Notes: generated from the letters alone by a model not told the origin. DNA of 64,000 nucleotides from Setoptus koraiensis (GCA_048013815.1 CM106585.1:558001-622000); one strand, 5' to 3'. Counted from the first letter of the stretch, positions 26,218 through 37,849 are shown. Made by a program: numbers and translations.

Positions 26218-27909
26218 TCATGCAGGAGAAATTTGCGTATCATAACTATTGGCTGACAAATTTTCACGAAGATGCGCTGCCGCATGAGCAAGCTGGGCAA
26301 TAGCTTGTTGATTGGGTTTATCATTCGATTCAAGAAACAAACGCTCTCTGTCCAAAATGTCGGCCAATCTGTGAAGGGCCTCGAAGAATCCATAACTCAG
26401 TGCGGCTTTCCTGTACTTATTTAATTCCTTATAAAAATGTTGATTCTTTTCCGGTAGTCTTTTTGCGTGACGCAAGAGCTTAGAACAATCAGATTGAATA
26501 GATTCAGGTTCCAGCCAAATAACACAATTAGAAGAGTAGCTCTTCTTTTCAGCTTTCTCTTTGTATGCTTCTGCTAATGAAATTTTTGTACTTATAGAGG
26601 GTAAGCCTAAAGTTCTGAGATCAGGCAACCATGGAATGCATTCTGTTCCAGGCCTAAAGGTAGATAACATAAGACAAGATTTTTTCTTGGAATCTGATGA
26701 TGTGTGCAACATTCCAAACCACTCGTCCTTTCCCAACTGACATATTGCAACCACGTTTTCTGATTTCAGGCTGTTGTGAAGGAGGACACAGAATGATGGC
26801 TGCTTATCGTCATCATCTGATGGCTCTTGGGTTTTGGATGGTGTCGTCGTAGGGGTACCATTCTGAGAGTTGTTAGAGCCAGGCGTGAGAACTTTGTCGT
26901 ATGCATTAGGATCTTGAGAAAGAATTTGTTCGGCCTTAACGGTCTCATTGTACTTGGAAGACAGCAATGGGATCACAATATGACGAGAGAGTACAGGTGG
27001 ACTTGCTACTTCAGCTACCGGTAAAAATCCATAGATGGTAATCTCATTGCCAAATTTGTAACTATTTCCGGGTCGATGTTGACTGTTTTGAATCATAGAT
27101 TGATCATCTATGAGCTCACTGTTAGGTTTGGGATATAACATGACAAGCGACGATATGTTTCCACAGGTTAACGTCGTATTGAATGGTTTGTAATGTAATT
27201 CGGCTAGATTTTTAAACATGTCTAAAATAGATTCTTTTGTTAGATTTTTAGAGTTTCCACAACCAGGTAGCCATATACCCGATGAGGGGGCATGGTCTAA
27301 GGATGGATTTACTATTGAACATTTGTAATCGCTAGCGGTTGGATCAACGGTTGCTATAAGTTTCTTGTAAAATGGAATAGCATATTTGAGACTAGGTTCG
27401 TTAGGCGACGCAATACACATGATCTGCAACTTGCATGGAAAATCGAATGAGTCCTTTATTGAGTCCAGTGAAATATCGGAAAAGTCTTCATCATTTTGTG
27501 ATTTACCACCCTTCGTAATACTGTCTATTGTGTCGTCATGGAAATCAGTTGTCTGCCCATCAGTAACCAAAATTATATTAACTGGCCCATTCTGTGTCCA
27601 ATCGTGCAGTTTCAGGCTTAAGGCGCCATTTAGCGCATTAATGATGTTAGTTTTGTCGAAAGTTTCGAGGTTACCAAGTTCACATTTTATCATCTGAACA
27701 TCTCTGGTGAATGGAACGCGCAATTCCCACAATGAAGAAAAAAGCATGAAAGAAGTGTATTCCAACTTAGCATTGTTAGCAAGATAGTCTAATAGGGTGC
27801 TTATTCCTTGATTGGCCAACGCTTTGACTGACATTGGACTGGGTGAATCCTCGATAGTCAGATGACGACACATCGATAGGGAGACGTCGACAAGGATGAC
27901 AGTTGGCAT
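26218..27909 (-). CDS. INTS14: Integrator complex subunit 14 (VWA9), 563 aa, intronless
   Basis: Starts MPTVILVDVSLSM (INTS14 VWA N-terminus), with ILVTDG, GFLPVAEVASPPVLSRH, PSFCVLLHNSLK.E and KLLRHAKRLPEK..FYKELNKYRKAALSYGF. Confidence 0.93.
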   Translation of the reverse strand: MPTVILVDVSLSMCRHLTIEDSPSPMSVKALANQGISTLLDYLANNAKLEYTSFMLFSSLWELRVPFTRDVQMIKCELGNLETFDKTNIINALNGALSLKLHDWTQNGPVNIILVTDGQTTDFHDDTIDSITKGGKSQNDEDFSDISLDSIKDSFDFPCKLQIMCIASPNEPSLKYAIPFYKKLIATVDPTASDYKCSIVNPSLDHAPSSGIWLPGCGNSKNLTKESILDMFKNLAELHYKPFNTTLTCGNISSLVMLYPKPNSELIDDQSMIQNSQHRPGNSYKFGNEITIYGFLPVAEVASPPVLSRHIVIPLLSSKYNETVKAEQILSQDPNAYDKVLTPGSNNSQNGTPTTTPSKTQEPSDDDDKQPSFCVLLHNSLKSENVVAICQLGKDEWFGMLHTSSDSKKKSCLMLSTFRPGTECIPWLPDLRTLGLPSISTKISLAEAYKEKAEKKSYSSNCVIWLEPESIQSDCSKLLRHAKRLPEKNQHFYKELNKYRKAALSYGFFEALHRLADILDRERLFLESNDKPNQQAIAQLAHAAAHLRENLSANSYDTQISPA

Positions 27910-28710
27910 TTTGACTTGAGGGGTTTGTGCTAGAGCCGGCTAGCTCAAGTGATTATTTATCATCAGCTAATGAGGATTAATTATAAGAAGGTGTAGGGTT
28001 GACAATTATAATGAGCTAAAAGATTACTGACCCCTGGAGCACGGCACCACGTTGTTCACATATGACACCCGATGGAAATCACTCGCAGAGGTCAGCACTG
28101 TCGCCTTCTTTCTGGCGCAACAATTCTGCACTTTTGGTGCACACTACGCTTGAATCACTCTATTTGAGGGTGCATGCGCAAAATTTAATCAGCTTGCTGC
28201 AGGGCATATCCCGCGACGAATTGATGCATGTGCGTCAATGTTACGGTCTGTGCGTCCGAGTGAACAATTTCAATGCACAAATACTGGATGCACCCATTTA
28301 GGGCATAAACTATTGATTCCGAGCGGCTTTAGAGTGCATCACATGGTGTCATATTAGTGTGCCCCTGATAGAGTTGATACAGTTTAGATTTTATTGTTAC
28401 CTTTTACAACAAGTTTGCGCAAGAGAAAAACCTCATAGACATGATACCGAAGCCACCTCCAGTCTGTCCGGATTCCCCTTGGATTGGACTTGGAGAAAAC
28501 GGGAGAGGGCACGAGAGTTAGCGGGAGAGTGGGAGAAGTGTTATCTACTGGCCGTCTGGAAAATCTCCCGCGAGAATAGTCTCCCGTTCGCAAGTTTTGC
28601 GCTTTCAAATTTAGCGCGCAGTTGAGCGCACAGGGGCGGGGGTGTGCTCTAGTTGTTCTAACCGTCCAAATATTTAATCACAGGGGTGTAGATGCGCTCA
28701 CAGTAAAGTC

Positions 28711-28920
28711 TAGTGATGGGCGGGTAGGCTAGGCCCGTGACCCGCTAACGGTCCGCGGACTGCGGCGACCATTAGGCTGCGCGGCCTATAAAATGCCGCT
28801 TCTGATGGGTTGGGCAGCTCGGCCCACCGCAGCCGGCCCACTCACACCCCATTTCGCCCGTCAATGGTCTGGCCTGTTTCGAGGGGACAGAGAATCGGGC
28901 GGGGGGAGGCGGGTTGAGAG
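28711..28920. mobile_element. Possible truncated hAT-like terminus in a GC-rich island
   Basis: TAGTGATGGGCGGG at 28711, a second related copy TCTGATGGGTTGGG at 28801, and many GGCCC/GGCGGG subterminal-like motifs. No partner inverted end found. Confidence 0.25.
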
Positions 28921-29589
28921 CGGCTGCTTGCAGAGTGAGTGATATGAGACACTCACGAAATGATCATGGGAGCGCGAATGGAAACAGCAGCAGCAGACTG
29001 CACCACGACTGTACCATAGTGCATGCACTACATTTGTTGGCAGCCTCTAATGCTATTACACTGCTGATTCGATGCAGTGTTACAACACATGCAATAAGAT
29101 GTGGAAATACAGTGCGTCGCATTAACATTGTAGAGCATTGTTGAGCGCGGTTATCACTGGCGCTTGTCCAATACTTAATGAGCGCTGTGTATTGCAGCCA
29201 ACAAACTGCAGCGGCAGTTTCAACTGAACAACAGCGACGATGACGATGCCGTCGTCGTCGTCTTCAGTTTCGGGTGTATTCGTTGTTGCTGGCGCTGATG
29301 CTATTCATAAAGCTGCTGCTGCTGTTGTTGTTTCCCCCGCGGGAACATACTGTGTCTGTTCAACTGTGTGCTCACACAGTTTGAGTTTGTGTCTGCTCCA
29401 ACGATAACTCGCGAGCACAAATCGCGCACACATCGCCAATGAAATAGTGCATTTCACAACGATAGATGTGCACACGAAAATCCCCGAGCGTTCCCTATCA
29501 GCAGGATAGCTGGCAGGAGCAGCTCATTTTCGTGCATGTCTGTCGGTTTGTGTGTCTATGTGTGACTGAGTGTACGCTTACATTATGTA

Positions 29590-29986
29590 TAGGGTGGCAG
29601 GATCAATTCGACAAAGTCCAAAGCTTCTGTGCGGCACACAAGCACAGAGAGTACAAAATAGTATTGTGTGCCTGTGTTGCACTGTTGCCCTAAACATGCC
29701 CAAAATTTTGTTTACGCACGAACTGTGCGACATAAGCAATCGCAGTGTAGGCAAGGTTTTTCTGATGCACCTACATTGGTTTGTAAAATGTCCGCGAGGG
29801 CGGCGCTGCACTGCATCTTGTATTAAACAACTTGTGCGCAACGCCTCTGGTGGATCTTTCATAAAACATCGTTGCACATGAGGAAAATCTCCAGCAGCAA
29901 GCAGTGTTGCATGTGCATAGAAAGCATTGTGGAAGGCAGCGTAGCATAATCTGTAGAAACTTGTCGAGTTGATCGCGTTCACCCTA
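29590..29986. mobile_element. Tc1/mariner-type MITE, 397 bp, copy 1
   Basis: TA|TAGGGTG..GATCAA.TCGACAA ... reverse-complement end CACCCTA|TA. Imperfect ~25-bp TIRs with TA duplicated at 29588-89 and 29987-88. Interior is homologous (inverted) to 42346-42741. Confidence 0.85.
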
Positions 29987-30138
29987 TATTGTGCAAATTG
30001 AGCGAATGAGCGAGCAAGCAAGCAAGCGAACGAATGATAGAACGAATGCGAGAACTCAACAGCGGACGAATGCGAAAGAGAGCGAGCAAGCAGACAAACA
30101 GGCAGCCAGGCAGGCAGCCTGCAGTAGAGTGAGTGAGC

Positions 30139-30162
30139 GAGAGAGAGAGAGAGACACACACA
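30139..30162. repeat. (GA)n/(CA)n microsatellite following a GCAA/GCGA-rich tract (30000-30130)
   Basis: Directly visible, between MITE copy 1 and d4. Confidence 0.85.
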
Positions 30163-30660
30163 GACATATAGAGAGAGGGATACGAATGGCAGTGGTGGTG
30201 GAACGAAATGAAAACGAGGTTGGATAGGAAAATAATAAAGATTCTAATCGCCGTCGTCATCTCCCTTCTAGTTTAAGCTAGATAGCTAATAGTGCTACAA
30301 ATATCATTATTATTATTATTATTTTATATATAACAACGACGACCACGACAACAACAGCATCCACAATTATTAGGCAACAACAACATCAACTACTATTAAT
30401 ATTATTACTATCATCATTATTGATACGCAAACACACACACACAAACATTTATTGAACGGGGTCTATATGGTATAAACAATTCACGAACGATCTGACGATT
30501 ACGCCACCATTACATAGGAATAACCGAAACACTCTTATTAACACTACTGCTTGTACTAATATTATTATCACTATTACTATTATTATTACTATTGCTATTA
30601 TTACTATTACTACTATTACTATCACTATTATCATGATGAATCTCTAGTTCTGGCACCAAT

Positions 30661-32463
30661 ATGGAACAAGAAGAACAAAATTCACCCGCGGCCGCCGTGA
30701 CCTTTCGTCGCTCTGAAGTGCTCAACGAAATCGAAAGGTTTCTACATGGGGCCACATATAAGGAATTTATTGAGTCATCATCGTCATTCAATAACAAACT
30801 AGTTAAAGACAGAATGTCCAGGTTGCCATTCATAGATTCGCAAACGGGCGTTGCTCAAAGTGATTGTTTATTGTGGATGCAAAAGTGGGATAGGCAACCA
30901 GGTAAAGAAGAGGGACAATTATATACATACCCGGCCAGGAGGTGGCGCAAAAGAAAACGTCAATACCTTTTAGATGATAGCTATCTGAGGTCCAGGTTTA
31001 GCGGTATCAAAGATCATGTTGACCTACACCATCAAAACAATTCTGATTATTCTTCGCCAACCACCTCAACATCACACCATCATCACTATTCTTCTTCTCA
31101 TCATCGTAATAGTAGTAGTAGCAACATGCTTGATGGAAGTATTTTTACTAATCCACAACTGAATGCCTTGCTAAGCAATGACGCATCCTTAGATAGTCGT
31201 GACTCTCCCGCTCGCATTTCATTCTCAAATAAACTACTTGGGGCCTCTAGTAGTAGCAATCATGACCACATTCTAAATCATGATAGCTCATCCAATTCAA
31301 ATGCCTACGATGGCGCCAACAATAAATCTACCTCACATTCATGGCTTCACAATGAACACTCAAAAGATACATCATCTAGCATTCATGATAATGATGACGC
31401 TGCATCAGAGCACACTGAGATCGATGAGACGTCTGAACTAGATGAAGACTATGCAACCCCACCTTCTAGAAGACAACCTACCAATAGGTCAACTAACAAA
31501 AGAGGCCATAGCGTTTCAGTCAATGATCATAGCGTCACCCCAAAACGCAAACGAGAAAGAAGAAGACCTGATAAATCTGATATTAATAAGCCCTTTAAAT
31601 GTGAGTGGTGCGGACAAGGTTATAAAACAAGGCCTGGCCTCACTTATCACCGGAACCATTGTCATGCAAATGATAATGTAAAAAATAATAATAATCATAA
31701 CAACAATAGTAACTTAGCTAATATGAATGAAAACAATCATGATGACCACAATGGTCAGAATAGTAATTCTACAAATAGCAGCAGCTTGTTCACGGCGGTC
31801 ACATCAAATTCAAAACATCAAATATCGTCGAACCACTCTGCCACCACACCCTTCAACGGATCCAATAGCAATCCCTCTCAAGGCATCACTAGCACCAATA
31901 CAAATGCTAGTAACAATAATCAATTAGCAACCAATGCACAGAATTCTACTAATAATTCTACGCAAGCACATTATAACAGCATGTCTCTTAATAGCCAATC
32001 AGATGAGACAGATGAAGAGGCTCAAGCGAGAGCTGGAGGAAATTCTCCCGACCCATTCTGTGGTTTTTGTCTAGGTGACACCTCAGAAAATAAGAAAACT
32101 AAACAAGCCGAAGAGCTGATCTCCTGCTATAATTGTGGTAGGTCAGGTCATCCAACATGCCTTAAATTCACACCTAATATGATATTGTCCGTCAAAAAAT
32201 ACAAATGGCAGTGTATTGAATGCAAGTCATGCGGTTTATGTGGCAAATCAGACAATGATGACCAACTTTTATTTTGTGATGATTGTGATAGAGGTTACCA
32301 TATGTATTGCCTGAAACCACCTTTATCTGAACCACCTGAAGGATCTTGGAGTTGTGACCTGTGTATAGAGGAGTATCATAAAAAGAAGGAAGATACTAGT
32401 GTGACACCACTTATTAATAATGATGTAAAAGTAGAAGTAAAAGAGGAGGTGCTAAAGGAATGA
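30661..32463 (+). CDS. d4: Zinc finger protein ubi-d4/DPF2 (BAF complex), 600 aa, intronless
   Basis: Requiem N-domain (RLPFIDSQTGVAQ..GQLYTYPARRWRKRKR), C2H2 finger (FKCEWCGQGYKTRPGLTYHRNHCH) and tandem PHD fingers (CGFCLG..RSGHPTCLKF..WQCIECKSCGLCG..LLFCDDCDRGYHMYCL). Confidence 0.96.
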   Translation: MEQEEQNSPAAAVTFRRSEVLNEIERFLHGATYKEFIESSSSFNNKLVKDRMSRLPFIDSQTGVAQSDCLLWMQKWDRQPGKEEGQLYTYPARRWRKRKRQYLLDDSYLRSRFSGIKDHVDLHHQNNSDYSSPTTSTSHHHHYSSSHHRNSSSSNMLDGSIFTNPQLNALLSNDASLDSRDSPARISFSNKLLGASSSSNHDHILNHDSSSNSNAYDGANNKSTSHSWLHNEHSKDTSSSIHDNDDAASEHTEIDETSELDEDYATPPSRRQPTNRSTNKRGHSVSVNDHSVTPKRKRERRRPDKSDINKPFKCEWCGQGYKTRPGLTYHRNHCHANDNVKNNNNHNNNSNLANMNENNHDDHNGQNSNSTNSSSLFTAVTSNSKHQISSNHSATTPFNGSNSNPSQGITSTNTNASNNNQLATNAQNSTNNSTQAHYNSMSLNSQSDETDEEAQARAGGNSPDPFCGFCLGDTSENKKTKQAEELISCYNCGRSGHPTCLKFTPNMILSVKKYKWQCIECKSCGLCGKSDNDDQLLFCDDCDRGYHMYCLKPPLSEPPEGSWSCDLCIEEYHKKKEDTSVTPLINNDVKVEVKEEVLKE

Positions 32464-33125
32464 ATTATAGATGAGATTTAATTTTATAACTGAATGATTT
32501 ACCGATGCCTTTCTCTTGAACTTCTTATTTATATTAGAGTATTAGATTGAGATCAACTACTGTAAAATACTGTAAATCTAATATATACCCGAGAATGGAA
32601 TAATTATTGAACAACACAAACGTAATAAATCAATTATGCATGGCCATATAAGCTACGTATTAAAATTATCCGCCCTTATAGACTTAATACTACTGGGTGG
32701 AAAATGACTTCTCATGTGCCGTAAAAGAGTATTACACGGCGTTTTGTGAGCCTATTCTTTAGTGATCTGTCTTATTCCTGCTACAAATTTTGTAGAAAAA
32801 CCAATATCGACTGTGACATTCGTCCATCTGATCAGTTTCAATCGTTATTTTGGACGAATGCGCACGTCAGAATCCATCTCGCACCTTATCGAACTTGAGT
32901 ATTTCAAGTTGACGTTCGATGTGCGTCAAAAGATATGCGCAGTCCGTTTTTCGTCTTGTCACTAAAATATAGCGGTGCTGATTAGTAAGACATCTAGTGA
33001 ACATTGTTTACACAACTGAAAGTCCAATTTGGCAATCACATGTTTTCACTGAACAATCAACTGTCACAATACCACTCGGGAGTTTTATTTGATATATATC
33101 AGCATTTTGTCCGCTCTTTGTTAAC

Positions 33126-33413
33126 ATGTCGAATCCAATCAACTCGAATGCCAAACAGCAAGATGACCAACTTTTAGTCGATGATCCTATGAGAGATTAT
33201 TTTCTTAAGCAACAACAAGAAGAGCGAGGAGTAAAAAATGACATGCCCATTTATAAGAATAAGTACCCTCCTAATAGATACAATATACGGCCTGGCCATC
33301 GTTGGGATGGTTGCGATAGATCTAATGGTCACGAAGCTAAACTGATCAAAATGGCAGCAGCAAAAAAAGCTCAAGAAGAGGAACATCACAGATGGAGAAC
33401 CGAGCACTTGTGA
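33126..33413 (+). CDS. BUD13: Minimal BUD13 homolog (RES complex), 95 aa
   Basis: [40 protein letters not shown] matches the conserved BUD13 C-terminal domain. In-frame upstream stop at 33090-33092. Confidence 0.88.
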   Translation: MSNPINSNAKQQDDQLLVDDPMRDYFLKQQQEERGVKNDMPIYKNKYPPNRYNIRPGHRWDGCDRSNGHEAKLIKMAAAKKAQEEEHHRWRTEHL

Positions 33414-33662
33414 AAATAAAAATAGCTCGTCTTTGAAACTATATAATCATAACTCTGATTCTTAACAAGCCTCATCGTTTTGCAACCATAGTAATTTGAT
33501 ACTTTTACTTTGATAAATTAACAATTTAGATCTCAGATTAATTTTACTACAACTCGTTGCACGAAGAAGACAGGAAAGAGACACAAACAAAGAAGGTTAA
33601 TATTGAGAGGATAGAAAAGTCGAAATCTTTATTGTGTATATGGCAATCATAACATTAAGAAG

Positions 33663-34382
33663 TTATGGAATATTGAGGGAGTCATCTATTAGTGCGCACA
33701 TGATTTCGTCTATATTACGCTTTTCTTCTGATATTACTGACTTCTGAATGACATTTTTGTCCTCTTTATTATCATTGTTCGTTCCACTGGGATACCTGTG
33801 ATTGTTTATTAGCTTCTGTAGCACAGTATCGAAATCTTTTCCTCCGGTGACGCTATTGAGTAAATTCGAGGCTCTGTCCATTTCTTTGATCAATCTTTGG
33901 TTAATATCTAAACGTGATTTTTTCTGGTAAGTCAGCCAAACCCTCAGAGTTTCTCGCGCTTGATGGGGCCTCAATTCGTTGATGAGATGGTGAAAGTTTA
34001 TAAATAATGTTGCTAGATCGTTACACTTTTCTATTCTTTTGTCGGTATCTGGACAACGGACTAGCACATCGACTAAATCAAGAAAGTTGACAAGTATCGA
34101 TGCGTTAATCTTTTTCAATTCTTTTTTGTGGTCGTATTCGCCTCTTGGGTAGAGTCTTTTAGTGCCATGTGACTCCAGAGGGGCAACTATGGCGTCACTT
34201 AAGGAAATTTTCTGCCCAAACATATAGTAAACGCCATCTGTGATAGGTGGTGGTGGCTCTGGTGCTGTGCCATTTTCTATATTCTCACTATTGTATAGAT
34301 TTATATATTGAAGAGGTGGTGGCGGAAAAGCTAGCACAGTTTGATTGGCACCCGAAGTCGACGCTTCATTATCCGGATCCAT
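33663..34382 (-). CDS. MED7: Mediator subunit 7, ~239 aa, intronless
   Basis: FPPPP..Y, PEPPPP, Y.MFG, KELKKIN.SILVNFLDLVDVLV..P, LFINFHHLINELRPHQARETLR. Start moved to ATG 34382 (track start 34469 is non-ATG). Confidence 0.95.
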   Translation of the reverse strand: MDPDNEASTSGANQTVLAFPPPPLQYINLYNSENIENGTAPEPPPPITDGVYYMFGQKISLSDAIVAPLESHGTKRLYPRGEYDHKKELKKINASILVNFLDLVDVLVRCPDTDKRIEKCNDLATLFINFHHLINELRPHQARETLRVWLTYQKKSRLDINQRLIKEMDRASNLLNSVTGGKDFDTVLQKLINNHRYPSGTNNDNKEDKNVIQKSVISEEKRNIDEIMCALIDDSLNIP

Positions 34383-34635
34383 AATAACGAAAGATTGATT
34401 TTTGACAATTATTATTTTAAGCAGCAGGTATTTTTTCTCATTAATGTTTAATGTTGGCCTAGAAGTCAATCGATAGAACTATGACATTTTCAATTGTCAC
34501 TCATAGTAGGATGTGTCAGTTATAGTAGAAAATAAATAAATATGTATTTTTGGTTTGTTTCGTCATTGAATCGCAATGTAAGTATAGAAATTTTCAACAC
34601 ATGATTGGTGTTTTGATTAACTTGCTACACATTTC

Positions 34636-34760
34636 GCAAACGTAAGGGGGATGAAACGAGGTTTCCCCTACTCGTTCTAAGAGAGTTTGCTACGCACAAG
34701 AGACCTCTCACGGAGAATGCCTCAACTTAATTTATCTACGAATATGCATTCGCCACATAT
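34636..34760 (+). ncRNA. Candidate H/ACA-like double-hairpin small RNA
   Basis: Hairpin 1 closed by GCAAAC/GTTTGC (34636-34690), ANANNA box ACAAGA at 34696-34701, hairpin 2 GAATGC/GCATTC, ACA at 34755-57 plus 3 nt. Total 125 nt, downstream of a GTAAGT donor. The second hairpin is weak. Confidence 0.2.
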
Positions 34761-36109
34761 TTTATTGACATTGAGTCATATTGATTGGAACAACGACAAG
34801 CCATCTATTAATATTAATTAAATACATGCATCAAAAATATAACAATTATATTTGAACTACCATTCAAGAATATGTGGATATCAGTAACATTGTATAATTT
34901 TATTATAGAATTATTGAAATGATAGCAACCTCAAATCGATTTCATCCAAGCAGACGCAATTGACATCAAATGGAAGCGAGCATAAATGCACAATTCGAGC
35001 ATAGGATGATTTATTACCATACCTTTGAATGATTTATGGAATATCAATTAATGGATCCCACTGTTATTATTACTCTCATTAGCACTAACCATACAATGCG
35101 AACGCTCAACATAAAGTCAAGTCCAGTTTATGTTACCATTGCTGCACTATCAAAGGCACACCAGAACTTGATAAAAGTTGACTCTGATTATTACCATCAG
35201 CTGCATCATTACGGGAATAACTAAACATTGAAAGCATGTAACCTTCAAATTACAAATGTGTACAAGTGAATGAATGAATGAATTGATCAAGACCCACGCA
35301 TAACAATACAGATGAGATTAGTATGTTAGACACAACAATCAATGGTTGGATAATAACAATGATGAACAAACATAGACGCCTAAATTTGTTGTTGTAAGCG
35401 TTTCAACTGCGAATACGTTGTGCATGCATGTATCAGTATCATTCGTTTACCTTGCGACGAACAAGTAGGAGCTTGCTCTGAACAATTACTATCATGATAA
35501 CCTCCAGCTCTCTTTACAAGATCGGCCAATTCGTTCAAGGCCACTAACTAGAGAGCCATTAGGTCCATCGTCTAGGCCATAGTCGAGCCGATAGCTGAAA
35601 CACTTTATTCTATATTTTCTCGACATATTTTTACAACAGAATTGTATTTTTATAAGTATAACAACTCATAATCTTCCACAATATTCAGATATGTCCTGTC
35701 AGAGTATCCGGAAACATCAATATATACCCACTATTTGCGGTCTTTGCTACATCTAAAATATATTTTCTTCAAGCATATTACCAACGAATATATTAAAAAC
35801 AAAAATGATACTAATATTGAATCAACAGTACAGGCTTTCACTGATAGTTGTGCTAGTAAGCAGGATATTACTCATATAGGAAGCACCACAAGTTTGCGCA
35901 AGCAATTCTAATAACTTATAATTTTAATAACCAAACACTCATCAACTTTATTATATAGCTAGGAATCAATCCATCCAGACATTACCATTCCCGACGACTC
36001 ATAGATTGTCTCTATGATCGACCATATGAATTATGTCTCTTCAGGACGACTCTAGCCCAATCATCTAGATTATTGATTGTAAAAGCACCCTCCACAATAA
36101 ATTAGAGTC

Positions 36110-37849
36110 ATGGAACAATCTAGTAAGTTACAAGGCGATAAATTAGAAAAAACTGAGGAAGAAGACAAATCGGAGTCGAAACAGTTCGACTCAGCAGTCC
36201 AGGAGATACTTGACATATGCCAAAACTATAATGAGCGCTGTAGCAACTTGCAATCAGCAGCCATAAAATCGTCATTTCCTCTCAAATCATGCAATAACAA
36301 AAGTGAAAAGAGACCAACGGATGAAAACAGTATCATACATATCACGAATAGATTGAACGATCAATCGATCAGGGAAGTGGAAACACCTACATCACCTCAT
36401 CTCTATACCAATCTAAGTTCTTGCAATGAAATTATCACACCCGATTCTGATACTAATAATAAAACCATTGAACACATGCAAGCGGAGCAATCGACCCTTC
36501 AGGGGGAACTTGACTCTATCATGAGGAACCAAGATTGTATCGGCAAAGATGAGGACGATACAGAACTGGCAGAGTTCCAAAGATTAGAAAATGAAGTCAG
36601 AATAGCTGAGCTTAATAAGAAGTTGGATTTGATTCAAGAAGCCATTAGGATTAAACTCTATAACCAACTTTTCTCTCGAAATGGTTCCGATTCCTCAAGC
36701 AATGAGGCTCTGTCATCATCAAGCGATGGAGGCTTTGAACTTAACATCAAACATAGTAGTGCAAGTGAATCGGAAGCTTCAATCAATCAATCAAACCTAA
36801 ATACAGGCACAGAGAGCCCTCAGAGTGCCAGTTCTATGTACTCTAAGCAGAAAGCAATCGGATCTCCCAAGAGTAACTATGATTCTTTAGAACCAGTTGA
36901 CGAGGAAGCAACACAATTGATCTCAAACCCTAATGGAGACAAGTCAAAGTCAGCCTTCATTGAAAGAAGGTCAGATTCCATTACTCCATCCACCTATGAT
37001 CTCACGCCAACAACCAGTAAAGAATCTATTAATTCTTCTTCGAAACAATATACGGCAGATAGTGATGATGTTATCAAGCAGAATGGCCAATCTTCTGAAT
37101 GTGTCACTGCTCAATATCACCTTGACAAAGTTTTCAATCACCAGCGTATCAGTTCAGCTGTTGGCGATCTTGCCCGCATTGACGAAGGTGAAGAGGAGCT
37201 TCCTGAATTGAATCAGCAAGCAAACTCTTCCTCGAATGAAATTGATTTAAAGAACTGCGCACACGATTATGACAAAACTGACTCCTTTGATTTTGATGTT
37301 GCCTCACCTGGTAAACTTATTTGCAATATGACCGATGCCATATCCTCCTCTGTCACTGAAACCAACAGTAAGCAAAATCGTCCTCTAACATTATATTTAC
37401 CAAGGCCCAATGAAGAGTTAGATCTTATAGATCATGTCCAGATCATGGGTCACGATATTAACATAATTTCTGGAGACATACAGATCAGTTCCTCTAGAGC
37501 ATATGGTTTTCTCTGGAAAGCATGCATGCGATCATCAAAAAGGTGGAGAAAACGTTATTTTTTATTCGACAGGCGCAGTAAAGTTATAGCATACTACAAG
37601 AATGAACGTAATCTAGTCAAGAATGGATGCAACCCAAGTAATATTATAAAGTTTGACGACATAATTGACGTTTACGTTGATCATAAGCTCAGCGGAGCTA
37701 GAGCTAAGAATCCATCTCGCAATAGGGATTACGTCTTCGTCTTGGCCACAAAACAAAGGAATTATATTCTGGCCTCGGCTAAAGCTGAAACAATGCGAGT
37801 TTGGATAGACGTAATGTTTACGGCTGCTCAATCGTACGATTATTTCTAA
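36110..37849 (+). CDS. PHLDB: Pleckstrin homology-like domain family B (PHLDB/LL5-like) protein, 579 aa; upstream exons possible
   Basis: RPLTLYLP..LDLIDHVQIMGH followed by a C-terminal PH domain (GFLWK..KRWRKRYFLFDRR..YYK..I.DVYVDH..FVLATKQRNYILASAKAETMRVWIDVM), plus a coiled coil at ~aa 120-185. Confidence 0.8.
   Translation: MEQSSKLQGDKLEKTEEEDKSESKQFDSAVQEILDICQNYNERCSNLQSAAIKSSFPLKSCNNKSEKRPTDENSIIHITNRLNDQSIREVETPTSPHLYTNLSSCNEIITPDSDTNNKTIEHMQAEQSTLQGELDSIMRNQDCIGKDEDDTELAEFQRLENEVRIAELNKKLDLIQEAIRIKLYNQLFSRNGSDSSSNEALSSSSDGGFELNIKHSSASESEASINQSNLNTGTESPQSASSMYSKQKAIGSPKSNYDSLEPVDEEATQLISNPNGDKSKSAFIERRSDSITPSTYDLTPTTSKESINSSSKQYTADSDDVIKQNGQSSECVTAQYHLDKVFNHQRISSAVGDLARIDEGEEELPELNQQANSSSNEIDLKNCAHDYDKTDSFDFDVASPGKLICNMTDAISSSVTETNSKQNRPLTLYLPRPNEELDLIDHVQIMGHDINIISGDIQISSSRAYGFLWKACMRSSKRWRKRYFLFDRRSKVIAYYKNERNLVKNGCNPSNIIKFDDIIDVYVDHKLSGARAKNPSRNRDYVFVLATKQRNYILASAKAETMRVWIDVMFTAAQSYDYF

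Noticed and set aside
29578-30159. 193-aa ORF (and 42273-42593) suggesting a duplicated gene
   Set aside because: The similarity comes from the MITE; the two copies use different frames.
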